From Blastocladiella emersonii ATCC 22665 (Eukaryota; Fungi; Blastocladiomycota): a stretch of 64,000 nucleotides of DNA. Shown in pieces: positions 33,810-45,381 of the stretch (the stretch's first letter is position 1; every line of letters begins with the position of its first letter). Under the pieces are notes generated by a model, which was not told the DNA's origin, searched no databases, and saw nothing but the letters and a program-made list of their open reading frames with translations. The stretch is taken from positions 124,001 through 188,000 of the forward strand of contig JANHCV010000005.1 in NCBI GenBank assembly GCA_025594325.1, written 5' to 3'. Position numbers and translations under genes: made by a program.

Positions 33810-34263
33810 ATGAAGACAGAGATGACGCGGCAGACCCCGCGCGGCTCGCAGATGATCGCCGCGTCAGCGCAGCCCATGGCCGGCGTGTGGAGCGGCGTCT
33901 TCAGCCTGCTGCGCAAGCGCAAGTTCCCGTCGAGCATCGCGGCGCGCCAGCACCGCAAGGAGATCGGGTCGGGCTCGGGCTCCGCCTCATCGTCGCTCCG
34001 CAGTAGCAGCGTGGCCGCGGGCGAGTACCCGACGCCGCCGGGCAGCTCGGCCGCGTCGTTCGTGTCGCTCGACGACCTCGACCGGCTACGCGCCGAGGTC
34101 AGCGACACGGAGAGCGAGGGCGAGAGCAGTGGGATCGTCGACTCGTTCGACCTGCTGTCCGTGGCCTCGGCGGCCGAGGGCGACGGCGAGGCGACCGCGG
34201 CCAAGGCCAGGTCCAAGGCCATCCAGCTCGCGCCGCGCCATGACAGCGGTATCGTCATCGCGG
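33810..34263 (+). CDS. Ser-rich exon, probable alternative N-terminal extension of the PRS gene
   Basis: Donor GTACGT at 34264 (phase 1) and acceptor CTAG at 34702 give an in-frame join to PRS (IA|DPPRPHHHQ...ICANMPSNS). Confidence 0.45.
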
Positions 34264-34773
34264 GTACGTGGTCCCTCGTCACACTCTATCCTCGGTGGTG
34301 CAGAGGGTGGAGGCGAGGCGAACGTCGGTCGCGAACACGGCCGCCGAAAAATCATGCACGGGCGAAGCCGGAACCGGCTCCGGTTTCATCCTGTCGCTCC
34401 GCCCCGCGGTTCGCTGTTCGCCCGCTGCGGCTCGGCCCCGCTCCGCCCCGATACAAAAAGGCTGCGGCCCCCTCGCCCCTCCTCTGCACCGCGCCTCTGC
34501 CCTTGTCGTCGCTTGCACCGTTGCGCGTCCAGGTGTGTGTGTCCCGCGCGCGCACGCCCGCCAGCCATGGCCACCCACCCGGCGGCCATGGCAGCGAGAG
34601 CGTCTCCCGCCTTCCTCGCCATGCATTCCGCCACCACCACCATGTATCAACGCTCCGACGAACGACCGTGCTGACGGCCTTCTCTCCTCAATGAACTGCT
34701 AGACCCTCCGCGACCGCATCACCACCAGCCACTACCCGAAGTCGACCTCGACGCCATCGAGATCTGCGCCAAC

Positions 34774-35739
34774 ATGCCGTCCAACTCGATCAAGATCTTT
34801 GCCGGCAACTCGCACCCGGAGCTCGCCAAGCTCGTTGCGCGGCGGCTCGGGCTCGACCTGGGCCGCGTGGTGGTGGGCAAGTACAGCAACGAGGAGACGT
34901 CGGTGACGCTGGGCGAGTCGGTGCGCGACGAGGACGTGTTCCTGGTGCAGTCCGGATGCGGCGAGATCAACGACAACCTCATGGAGCTGCTCATCATGAT
35001 CAACGCGTGCAAGTTTGCGTCGGCGCGCCGCATCACGGCGGTGATCCCGTGCTTCCCGTACGCGCGCCAGGACCGCAAGGACAAGTCGCGCGCGCCCATC
35101 TCGGCCAAGCTCGTCGCCAACATGCTGACCGTGGCCGGGTGCGACCACGTCATCACCATGGACCTGCACGCGTCGCAGATCCAGGGCTTCTTCGACATCC
35201 CCGTCGACAACCTGTACGCCGAGCCCTCGGCCCTCAAGTACATTCGCGAGAACGTGGCCGACTACACGGCCAACGCCGTGATCGTGTCGCCCGACGCGGG
35301 CGGCGCCAAGCGCGCGACCGCCATTGCCGACCGCCTCGGCATCGACTTTGCCATCATCCACAAGGAGCGCAAGGTGGCCAACCAGGTGTCGCGCATGGTG
35401 CTCGTCGGCGAGGTGACGGGCAAGACGGCCATTCTGGTCGACGACATGGCCGACACGTGCGGCACGCTCGGCCACGCCGCGCAGACGCTCGTCGACCATG
35501 GCGCCGTGGCCGTGTACGCGATCGTCACCCACGGCATCCTGTCGGGCAAGGCGCTCGAGTGCATCACCAACTCGCCGCTGACGCGCGTCGTGGTCACCAA
35601 CACGATCCCGCACGCGGCCAAGAAGGCGGCGTGCCCCAAGATCGACACCATCGACATCTCGGCCACGCTCGCCGAGGCCATCCGCCGCACCCACAACGGC
35701 GAGTCCATCTCGTACCTGTTCACGCACGCCCCCGAGTAA
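34774..35739 (+). CDS. PRS: Ribose-phosphate pyrophosphokinase (class I PRS)
   Basis: [59 protein letters not shown] and [12 protein letters not shown]. Confidence 0.97.
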   Translation: MPSNSIKIFAGNSHPELAKLVARRLGLDLGRVVVGKYSNEETSVTLGESVRDEDVFLVQSGCGEINDNLMELLIMINACKFASARRITAVIPCFPYARQDRKDKSRAPISAKLVANMLTVAGCDHVITMDLHASQIQGFFDIPVDNLYAEPSALKYIRENVADYTANAVIVSPDAGGAKRATAIADRLGIDFAIIHKERKVANQVSRMVLVGEVTGKTAILVDDMADTCGTLGHAAQTLVDHGAVAVYAIVTHGILSGKALECITNSPLTRVVVTNTIPHAAKKAACPKIDTIDISATLAEAIRRTHNGESISYLFTHAPE

Positions 35740-36303
35740 GTTGGTTGTTGTTGTTGTCGCCGTCGTGTCATGCAGTTCCCCTACCCTCTCTAGTCTGGCT
35801 ATTATATAATTTCTCTCTTGGCGTGATCTCGTTCGTCTCGTGGCCCTCGGCCGGCTCAGCGTGAAGAGTAAGCTTCCCGACCCGCACACCCGACTCAACC
35901 CGTCATGATCCCGTCTCGCCGTGACGCTGGCGTAGCGGAGAGCTCTCAGTGGTGCAGGACGCAAAGATAGCGCGCTGCGCCGCGCCGAGGAGCACACGCG
36001 CGGGCGAGTGGAGTGGCAGGCGGCGAGGCGGCAGCGTTCCGAGCGCCTAGCGACCCGGTCAGGTGACCTCGCCGGACCCGCGATGCACGGGCACGTTACC
36101 GGGCGCCGCTCGGGCCGGCCGGCCGCGTGCATGCGTGCGCGCGGCAGCGGGCCCACGGGGCGTGCGTGCGGGCAGGCACCCGGCCCGCCCCGCCCGCTCT
36201 CCCCTCCCCTCCCCGCTGCCCGCGGCCCAAATCCGCGCCGGCCGCACATTCGCTTGCTCCCTCTCTTTCGGGCCCAGATTTTCGTGTGACCCACCCCATC
36301 AAC

Positions 36304-38354
36304 ATGTCGACGGAGGCTTTCAACGGCGGTATCGGTATCGACCTCGGCACCACCTACTCGTGCGTGGCCTACATGACCCCCGACGGCCGCGTCGAGGTGA
36401 TTGCCAACGAGCAGGGCAACCGCACCACCCCGTCGTACGTCTCCTTCTCGGAGGAGAAGCTCGTCGGCGATGCCGCCAAGAACCAGGCCGCCATGAACCC
36501 CAAGAACACCGTCTTCGACGCCAAGCGTCTGATCGGCCGTCGCTTCGACGAGCCCTCGGTCAAGAGTACGTCTGCGCCGCCCTCCTGATCCGCTGCTCGG
36601 TCGCTTGCTCGTCCTGCGCTTGCCCTCGAACCGCTCGCTCGAGCAGCCGGCCGAGCAAGCGAGCGACCATACCGCAAGCCTCACGTGCGACCGTTGCTAA
36701 CCACCATCACCTCCCTCCCCGCCCCGCAGAGGACATGGCTCTCTGGCCCTTCACCGTCGTCGACAAGTCCGGCGCCCCCTACATCGAGGTCGAGTACATG
36801 GGCGAGACCAAGACCTTCTCCCCCCAGGAGATCTCCGCCATGGTCCTCGTCAAGATGCGCGAGATCGCCGAGATGAAGATCGGCCAGACCGTCTCCAAGG
36901 CCGTGGTCACCGTGCCCGCCTACTTCAACGACTCGCAGCGCCAGGCCACCAAGGACGCCGGCTCGATCGCTGGCCTCGACGTGCTCCGCATCATCAACGA
37001 GCCCACGGCCGCCGCCATCGCGTACGGTCTCGACCAGAAGAACAAGGAGGCCAAGGGCGAGAAGAACGTGCTCATCTTCGACCTCGGCGGCGGTACCTTC
37101 GATGTGTCGCTCCTCACCATCGCCGACGGTGTCTTCACCGTCAAGGCCACGGCCGGCGACACCCACCTCGGTGGCGAGGACTTCGACAACAACCTCGTCA
37201 ACCACTTTGCCGCTGAGTTCAAGCGCAAGCACAAGAAGGACCTGACCTCGGACAAGCGCGCCCTCCGCCGCCTCCGCACCGCCTGCGAGCGCGCGAAGCG
37301 TTCGCTCTCGACCCTGGCCAAGGCCACCGTCGAGATCGACTCGCTCTTCCAGGGCGTCGACTTCTACTCGACCATCACCCGCGCCAAGTTCGAGGAGATC
37401 AACTCGGTCCCCTTCAACTCGACCATGGACCCCGTCAAGCAGGTCCTCAAGGACGCCAAGTTCGACAAGAAGAACGTCGACGACGTTGTCCTCGTTGGCG
37501 GCTCGACCCGTATCCCCAAGATCCAGGCCCTCCTCTCCGAGTTCTTCGACGGCAAGGAGCTCAACAAGTCGATCAACCCCGACGAGGCCGTTGCCTACGG
37601 TGCCGCCGTCCAGGCCGCCGTCCTGACCAACACGGCCTCGGCCGCCACCTCGGACCTGCTCCTCCTCGACGTCGTCCCCCTGTCGCTCGGTGTTGAGATG
37701 GAGGGCGGCATCATGGGTGTCGTTGTCCCCCGCAACACCCCGATCCCCACGATCAAGAAGCGCGTCTTCACCACCACCCACGACAACCAGACCACGGTCG
37801 AGTTCCCCATCTACGAGGGCGAGCGCACCCAGACCAAGGACAACAACCTGCTCGGCGAGTTCACCCTCTCGGGCCTGCCCCCGGCGCCCCGCGGCGTCCC
37901 CGAGCTCGAGGTCATCGTCGAGGTCGACGCCAACGGTCTCCTCAAGGTCACCGCCATTGAGCGCACCTCGGGTCTCTCGGCCAACGTGACCATCGCCAAC
38001 AAGGCCGGTCGCCTCAACGCCGACGAGATCGACCGCCTCGTCAAGGAGGCCGAGGTGTACAAGCGCGCCGACGCCGAGCACACTGCCCGCATCGAGGCCA
38101 AGCAGCAGCTCGAGGAGTACATTTACCAGGTGGAGGCTACCATGCAGGACGCCAACGTCGCCCTCAAGCTCAAGAACTCGGACGCCATCATCGAGGAGCT
38201 CGGCGAGGCCATGGAGTGGCTCGACCTGAACAAGGACGCGTCCAAGGACGAGCTCATTGCCCGCAAGAAGAAGGTCGAGCGCACCGTCACCAAGGCCTTC
38301 AACGCCATGTACGCCCAGGACGCCAAGAAGGGCGGCCGCCGCGCTCGCAAGTAA
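36304..38354 (+). CDS. SSB1: Ribosome-associated Hsp70, SSB type (intron 36566-36729)
   Basis: [37 protein letters not shown] and [14 protein letters not shown]; ends RTVTKAF...GGRRARK without EEVD, which is diagnostic of SSB. Confidence 0.95.
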
Positions 38355-38750
38355 AGCACTAGTGCTTTCCTCACTCTCCCTCTCCACTCCCTCGCTCGTC
38401 GTCGATGTTCTGTGTCGCTGATAAATGGTCGAGTAAGTTGATTAGTCGTTTTTGTCTCACTTCTCTCTCTTGTTTGGTCTCTGAGCTCGTCAGTCTCGGC
38501 CTTGCTTTCGACGCTCTCTAGCTGAGCCGTTGTTCAGGCTCTAGCGACCGGACTTGAGCCTGCAAGCGGACTTTGAGTCGGCCATGGCCAAGGCGATGGA
38601 CGCGAGAGCTGGCGGCGCTCACGGCCACGGCTGCCGTGTGCGCCTCGAGTCCACGGCGGCATGCAGCCTTCTTCCCTCGCACTCGCACTCGCATACACAC
38701 ATGAGAGACATCGTGTTGCAGTTGCTCTATTCTCGCGTAAATCACGCTCT

Positions 38751-39750
38751 CTACTCGTCAAAATGCTTCGCGGGCCAGAACTTGCGCAGCTTGCCCGCCT
38801 TGTCGCCCGTCGCCGCGATCGCCTGCACCTCGTCGTCCGTGAGCTCGACGTGCGCCGAGGCCAGGAACTCGCGCACGCGCTCGATCTTAGCGGACGTGCT
38901 GACGACGAGGGCGCCGACCTGGCGGCTCCACGCGAGTAGGACCGTCGACCGCGGGACGCCCGTGCGCTGGGCCGCCGCGTCAATCGCCGCCAGGAACGCG
39001 CGGCCCTCGTCAGTCTTCTCCAGCGCGTCGTCCTTGGCCGCGCTCACGAGCAGCGGGGCCAGCGGGCCGTAAGCCGCGATCGGGATCGACCGCGCGCCGA
39101 GGTACGCGCGCAGGTTCGGCTGCGGGAGTTGGGGATGGTACTCGATCTGGTTGATGGCGGGCAGGGGGGAGCCGAGCTGGTCCAGGTCCGCGGGGCGGAA
39201 GTTGGACACGCCAATGTCGCGCACCAGGCCCGCGGCGCGCGCGGACTCGAGCTCGGCCCAGACCTCGCGCAGCGACTTGGTCAGGTTCGGGACCGAGTCG
39301 AGGAACGGGCTACGCGGGCGGGTCCGAGGTCAGGTCCTGCCGCGTCGCGCGAGTCGCAGCGAAGAAGACGTACGAGTGGATGAGGTACAGGTCAAAGTAC
39401 TCGACTTGGCACGCCTTGAGCGCGCGCTCGATGGTCCCGCGGACATCGACGAGCCCGTTCTGGATCTTGGACGTGATGAACAGGTCCGCGCGCGTGACGC
39501 CGTCCGTGTTCTCGGCGAGGTACTCGGCGACGGCCGCGCCCACCTCGGGCTCCGTGTTGTACATCTCGGCCGTGTCGATGTGGCGTACGCCCGCGTGCAG
39601 CGCCGCCTTGATGCACGCCACGAGCTCGGCGTTCAGGGCAGAGGCGGCGGGCGAGTCGGACCGCTTGAACCACTTGGTGCCCGTCCCGTACGCGAGCGCC
39701 GGCGCGACGCGGCCGGATGTCAGGGTCACGGTGGGCGGGGCAAAGGTCAT
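38751..39750 (-). CDS. Aldo/keto reductase (2 exons)
   Basis: ALAYGTGTKW, RHIDTAEMYNTE, DLFITSK, YFDLYLIHS, RDIGVSNF, INQIEYHP and TSAKIERVREFL. Confidence 0.93.
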
Positions 39751-40031
39751 GGTCGTGTTGATTCGTTGCAAGAATCTGATGGTGGGTGTTGGGGGGAGAG
39801 AGAGCGAGGTGCGGCGCAACGCGACGGCTTTTGTACGCGCGCAAGTCGCGCGGGCGTTGCGCCATCCAACGACGATCAGTCAGCCGATACCGCGGGATGA
39901 GCCGCACGCGACAGCAAGGCGGGACGACGAGGACGAGGTGTGAATATATATAGACGGCCACGAATGGGAGGGGGTAGAGTTACAATGCAATCGGCCGCCA
40001 GGGCCACGATGGAGGGGGAGGAGGGAGGGGT

Positions 40032-41181
40032 CTAGCACGAGCAGCTCGAGTCGGAGAAGCCGCGCTGCGGGTCGTGCAGGTTAGTCGGTGTTGGGCGGTG
40101 CGACGAGCTGCCGTACTGGATGCCCGAGTTGGTCTTTTCCGGGTCGATCTCGCCTGCGAGTGGAGGTGAGTGAGGGTCCGCGGGTCAGCGGTGAGGGGAG
40201 GGAGGACGCGTACCGGCCTCGATCTTGGTCAGGATTGTCCGAGCGCACTTCATGAAGGCCTCCTCGACGTTGTGGGCGGTCAGGGCGCTGGCCTCGAGGT
40301 AGACGAGTCCTAGACGGTGAGGATGGTGAGCGAGAGGGGCATGGGTCGGTCTGGGCCGAGCGGCGGCGTACCGTGCTCCTGGGCAAACGCGTGGGCCTCG
40401 TCGGCCGAGACCTGGCGCTCGACGGCGAGGTCCGACTTGTGGCCGACGAGCAGGATGAAGATGTCGGGGCTGGCGAGGGTCTGTGCGTCGTTGAGCCAGT
40501 TGACGAGGGACCCAAACGAGTCTCGGCTGGTCATGTCAAAGACGAGCAGGGCGCAGGCGGCGCCGCGGTAGTAGCTGCGGGTCACGGAGCGGAAGCGCTC
40601 CTGGCCGGCCGTGTCCCAGACCTGCAGCTTGACGCGGTGGTTGCCGACGGAAATGATCCTGCTGCCAAACTCGACGCCGATGGTGTGCGACGAGTTGTGC
40701 TTGACTAGACACGGGGCGGGGTGGGTGAGGTCAGGGACGCGTCGCACGGCCATAAGAGACCCGCGGCGTACATTTCCCCTCGACGAAGCGGTGCAGGAGA
40801 CAGGACCTAGAGGCAGGAATGCGCCACAGGGGCGTTACGCGTCAGAATCGCGTGGTTGCCGTGGCTGGGCGCACAGGCGCCCCACGGTGTGCGAGACACA
40901 CGGCGCTCGCGAGTCCGAGGCGCCGGCAGCGGCAGACGTACTTGCCGGTCCCTGCCGCTCCAATGATGAGGAACTTGAGCAGAAAGTCTACCCGCGCGAG
41001 AGAGGCCGGTGCGCGGGCGGGTCAGCACGCGTCGAGTGATGGCGGGTGATGGTTGGACGGCCGCGGCGCGCCAGCAGCAGAGGTTCCGGCGCGTGGCGGC
41101 GGCAGGCGCGCGCCGCGAAGGACCGGCCGTGTGCGTGGTGATCCACAACCGCGTGCGGTACTCACCGTAGGCGTCGGACAT
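40032..41181 (-). CDS. RAB4: Rab4/Ypt4-like small GTPase (multi-exon)
   Basis: [16 protein letters not shown]|SCLLHRF; [12 protein letters not shown]; [20 protein letters not shown]; GHKSDL; YLEASA; C-terminal CSC prenylation motif. Confidence 0.88.
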
Positions 41182-41671
41182 GGCGGCGGTAGCAGCTCGG
41201 TGTGTCGGTGCGTGGTGTCGGATGCGTGGTGTTGATGCGTAGCGGTGCGTTGCGGGCAGTCGGAGCGTGGTCCGAGCCGAGACTGATGATGGCGGCGGGG
41301 AGCGCGGCGATGGGAGCCGGTCCGATTGCGGTTGCTCAGCACGGCGGCGGAACCGACCGAACTAGGCGCGCGCTGAAAAAAGCGCCGCGAGGGAAGGCGG
41401 GTCGACGCGCCGGGCCCGTCACCTGACGCGGAGCCGCCACGCACCTGATGTCTCGCTCCCCTTTTTTTGCAGTGCGTTCCCACCGCGACGCGTCGCGCGC
41501 GGATTGCACTTGTCTCCGCCCCGCGAGAGGCACGCGTCCGCCGCCGTTGCAACTCGCCGCACTCGAACCGCGCCGCCCTGCGCGCCGCCTGCGCACTCCC
41601 GGATCCGTCATCGCGGCCCCGCCCTCCCCTCGACCCCTCCCTCCCTCCTTGACCTCAACCGCACCACCACC

Positions 41672-44235
41672 ATGCCGCCCAAGCAGGCCACGCTCACCCA
41701 GTTCCTGACCGTGGGCAAGCGGCCCGCTGCAGGCACTGCGAGCGCCCTCAAGAAGGTAGCGCGCGCTTGTGTCCCCGAGCGATGATCGATGCATTCACTG
41801 ACCGCCAACCCCCGCCCCACAGCTCGATACCGCCATGCTGCAGGCCGCCTCGAGCGCGACCTCGCTCGCCGGCTCCGATCCGGCCGCTGCCGCCGCCACC
41901 GCGACGGAGCCGCCCAAGAAGCGCGTGCGCATCAACGCCCAGCTGCCCACCTCGGAGCCCGACCTCCACGATACCGCGCCGCTCGCTTCGGACGCTGTCC
42001 CGCCCACCCCGCCCGCCGACGCGGCGCCGCTGCCGCAGCAGCCGATGCGCGTCGACCCGCCCGTCTCCCGCTTCTCGTCTCGCCTGCGCGCCCTTGAGGA
42101 CCGCACACAGGCCCGTCATGACCTGCTGCGCGCGCGCTTCGGCACTACCCTCTCGGGACCCTCTGCCCTCCATGCCGCACAGAAGCGGTCCATTAGCCTC
42201 GCTCTCGATGACGATGTCGTACCCGAGAGCGCCCCGGCGCCGGCCGCGGCAGCTCCCGCCCCGTCCACCGCCATGGACGTGGACCCCGTCGCTCCTGCTG
42301 TCCCAACCACTGCGCCCGCGCCTGCTCCAGTTCTCTTGACCCGACCCGATGAGCCCCGCGTCGGCCGCGCGCTCCAGCTCCTCGGCAGCCCGCGCAAGTC
42401 GGTCGATGTCGGATCCGCCTCGCCCGCTACTGCCGACGCCGCCCTCCTACCCACGCCCGCCACTACGACGGTCCCCGCTCCCTCTGCAGCGGCGGCAGCC
42501 GCGGCTCCGCTCAAGAAGCCCTCGTCGCTCCGCGCCCGCCTCGCCGCCCTCGAGGAGGCCCGCAAGGCCCGCGATGCGCCCGTCCTCATCCGCACCCCGC
42601 CGCGTGCGACGGCCGTCGACGAGACCAAGCCGTCCTCACCATCGGCTCCCACCTCGCCGACCGCCGCCGAATCGACCACCTCCGCCATCCTTCCGCACAT
42701 CGCCGACCTCATCTCGCCCACCTCGCCCAACGCCGTCTCGGCCGCGCCGCGGTCGGCGTCCGCCGCTGCCGCGATCCCGCGCGTGTCGTGGTCGCGCGTC
42801 GCCACCGACATTGACCAGCGCAAGTACCCGCTGCCCGCCGCCTTCGAGCACCTGGTCCAGATCTTTGACGCGCTCGAGCGCACCGTGCTCTTCAACCTGA
42901 CGCGCGGCGAGACGGCCGGGTTCCACAAGATCCAGCGGCCCGTCGAACTCGTATGCCACCGCGCCTTCTCGCTCGACCACCTGCGCGCCATCAAGGCCGT
43001 CTTCCCCGACGCCTACACGTACGAGCCCCTCCGCGTCCTCCACCAGGGTGCGCGGATCGACTCGGTCAACCTCGAGTTCAACCCGCACTGGGAGACTGCG
43101 TCCGCGGCGCCCGCGACGCCGGTCGCGCAGATCAAGGCGGCGACGGCGGATGCTGCTGCGGCGTCGCTCCCGACCCCGTCGACGCCGCCGCGCCCGATGC
43201 ACCCGGCTGCTGCGGCCGCCGTAGTCTCGGGCCCGTCTACGCCCGCGTCGTCGCGCCGCCCCTCGCTCTCGACCCACGCCCAGTCCCCTTCTACCACCAC
43301 CCCGTCGCTGTCGTCATCAGCGAGCCTCCTCGCCATGCCCGTGTTCCGCGCCACCGAGATGCCCAAGCGCCGCGTCGAGCTGCGCCGCCGCCTGATCCGC
43401 CTCGTGTCCGACGCCCACGCCGCCTTCCTCGCCTCCATCGACGCCACGGCCACGTGGAACCCGCACCTCGCGGGCGCGGGTGCCGTCGACGGCGTCTCGC
43501 CGTGGCACCCGCGCTTCGACCTCGACGCCGTCGCGCTCCCGAAAGCCGAGCTCCCGCGCGTCCCGCGCATCGGTGACCCCGGCATGCCGTCGCGCGTCGT
43601 GATCCCGACGGCTGCGTCGGTGCGCGCGGACGCGGCGGCGGCGCTTGCGGCGGCCAAGGCCAAGATGATGCCGCCGGCACCGGCAACGGCTGCACCCGTC
43701 CCCGATGCGCCAGCGGCACCGGCCCCGGCGCCCGCGACGGCGGGCGGGAAGAAGGTCAACGCGCGGTTCGCCAGCCTGCTGCAGCGCGTGCGCGAAAAGG
43801 AGAAGGTGACCAAGGAGCTTGCGGCGGCGGGGCTCACGCCCGAGCAGACCCAGCGCAAGCTTATGCTGTCGCGCGCCGGTATGGTCGTGGATATCATGGC
43901 GACGTACGTCATTACTCTCCCGCTACCCCCCTTGTCGGTTCCCTCACTGACTGACCGTCCCTTGTGTGCGTAGCTTCTTCCACCACATCGGCAAACCCGT
44001 GTGCCTGCTGTCCCAGCTCGCGCAGAAGGTGGCCGACAGCTACCCGAACATCATGTCGGTGGCCTCGGCCACGGCGCACGTCGAGCTCATCGCCACGATC
44101 GTCCCCGCGTGGTGCGCCGTCGAGACGCTCGGCGTCAAGAAGTTTGTCCGTGTCGCGTACGCCGCCATGGAGCTCGCCGCTGTCAAGGCGCAGCTCGAGG
44201 CCGCGCGGAGCGCGATCGGAGCAGCAGCGAAGTAG
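41672..44235 (+). CDS. CDT1: DNA replication licensing factor Cdt1 (3 exons)
   Basis: N-terminal PIP-like QATLTQFL; central LPAAFEHLVQIFDALER...FHKIQRPVE...FSLDHLRAIKAVFPDAY (CDT1 domain); C-terminal winged helix (HVELIATIVPAWC). Confidence 0.88.
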
Positions 44236-44328
44236 GGATAGAAACGGCGTCGTGCGGTCGTGTTCAAAGGGCGGTATGTACAGGGAGGGAGGTGCGGGAG
44301 GGCGAGTGGGAGAGCGAGGCGAGCGGCG

Positions 44329-44525
44329 TCACGCGATGTTGATGCGAGCCGAGATGCGCTGGTACTGCTCCTCCTGCAGCTTGCGCCGGCGCAGCCGGAT
44401 GACCCACAGCGCAGCCGCGCAGAGGGCCGCGTTGAACAGCTACGTCGGGCGGGGGTCAGCGGGGTTTTTGACGACCGGCGATATCGCAGTACCAGGAACG
44501 TGATAAAGCGGCCCGGTTCTTCCAT
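44329..44525 (-). CDS. Putative 47-aa single-pass membrane microprotein (2 exons)
   Basis: MEEPGRFITFL | LFNAALCAAALWVIRLRRRKLQEEQYQRISARINIA*; intron 44492-44440 GTACTG...GCTGAC...GTAG, phase 0. Confidence 0.5.
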
Positions 44526-44899
44526 TTGCAGCGAGTCAGACCTCGGTGAGGCGGGGGTTACATGGAGGGTGAGGCCGCCAATGGAGCGGCGGCGGCGGGC
44601 GCCCATGTCTCGTGGCATGTCTCGCGCACACGTGACCCGCGACGCGTCCCTCGACGCGTCCATCGACCCGGCCATCAACGCCTCCATGTGCTCAGATTCG
44701 GGTTTGAGTCTTGGCGCATGTGACGGAATGACTGGGGTGTCTTGCTTGAACGTGGTCAACGTCGTTCGGCAGGGCCGCACAGGGGCAGCGGCGTCCCATT
44801 TCATTCGTTGACTTTGACACGAACATGGCTCGAGCTGTTTGAACACGTAACCGGGATCGTTCCCCCAGCACTTAACTTCGAGGAGCGACGACTAAACTA

Positions 44900-45170
44900 A
44901 AATCTCAACGTGGTGCAGGTGGCTGTGCTGTAGTATAGGAACGTCTGAAGAGCGCCTCGGGGGAAACGGCGTTCTAGGCAGGAAGCCCGTGTACGTAGAC
45001 CGGTACAACTGGTGGTAACGGAACGTGAGCTTAAAGAGAGCTCACGTCCGCGGCGGGGGTGCGGCCACCTTTTGAGGGCGACAGGAAACGGGCGGCGAGT
45101 CAACAGCTGCGGCCGGGCGCGAACAGCCGTGTTCGCGGTGGTGGGAAATGTGGCGCGATCGGCGCTACGC
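44900..45170. ncRNA. Candidate structured non-coding element (unassigned)
   Basis: Several adjacent hairpins in an ORF-free, lower-GC interval; no known RNA family could be confirmed by eye. Confidence 0.2.
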
Positions 45171-45381
45171 GCGCGCGCGTGACCCAAGCATCACGCGCGT
45201 CGCGCGACAATAGACAAGCTCATACATAATCAGGCACCGAGATCGCAAACCGCGAGCTTCTTGTGCGACAAGAGCCTTCTCCAAAGTTCCTCGCTGCATC
45301 ATGTCTGTTCCATGTTGGGCCTAGGTCTCAGTTGGCTTCGTTTTCATTTTTTAAGCTTAAAGTACACTATTTACCAGAAGC

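Noticed and set aside
36566-36729. Intron-hosted U14-like C/D snoRNA in an Hsp70 gene (as in vertebrate HSPA8)
   Set aside because: No box C (RTGATGA) paired with a terminal box D (CTGA) in the intron.
41400-41560. MCB/E2F-like ACGCGT and CGCGAAA cell-cycle elements upstream of CDT1 and LIG4
   Set aside because: These words are expected frequently by chance in such a CpG-rich genome; enrichment cannot be shown without a background model.
2453-44235. ERCC1, LIG4 and CDT1 as a DNA-repair cluster or viral/NCLDV insertion
   Set aside because: The genes are tens of kb apart, intron-containing, host-like in codon usage and interspersed with unrelated housekeeping genes; no viral hallmark genes were seen.
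44880-45170. U2, U3, U5, U6 or telomerase RNA identity
   Set aside because: Only partial word matches (TGTAGTAT, ACTAAAAT); the diagnostic motifs (U6 ACAGAGA, U5 loop I, U3 boxes, a clear telomeric template) are absent.
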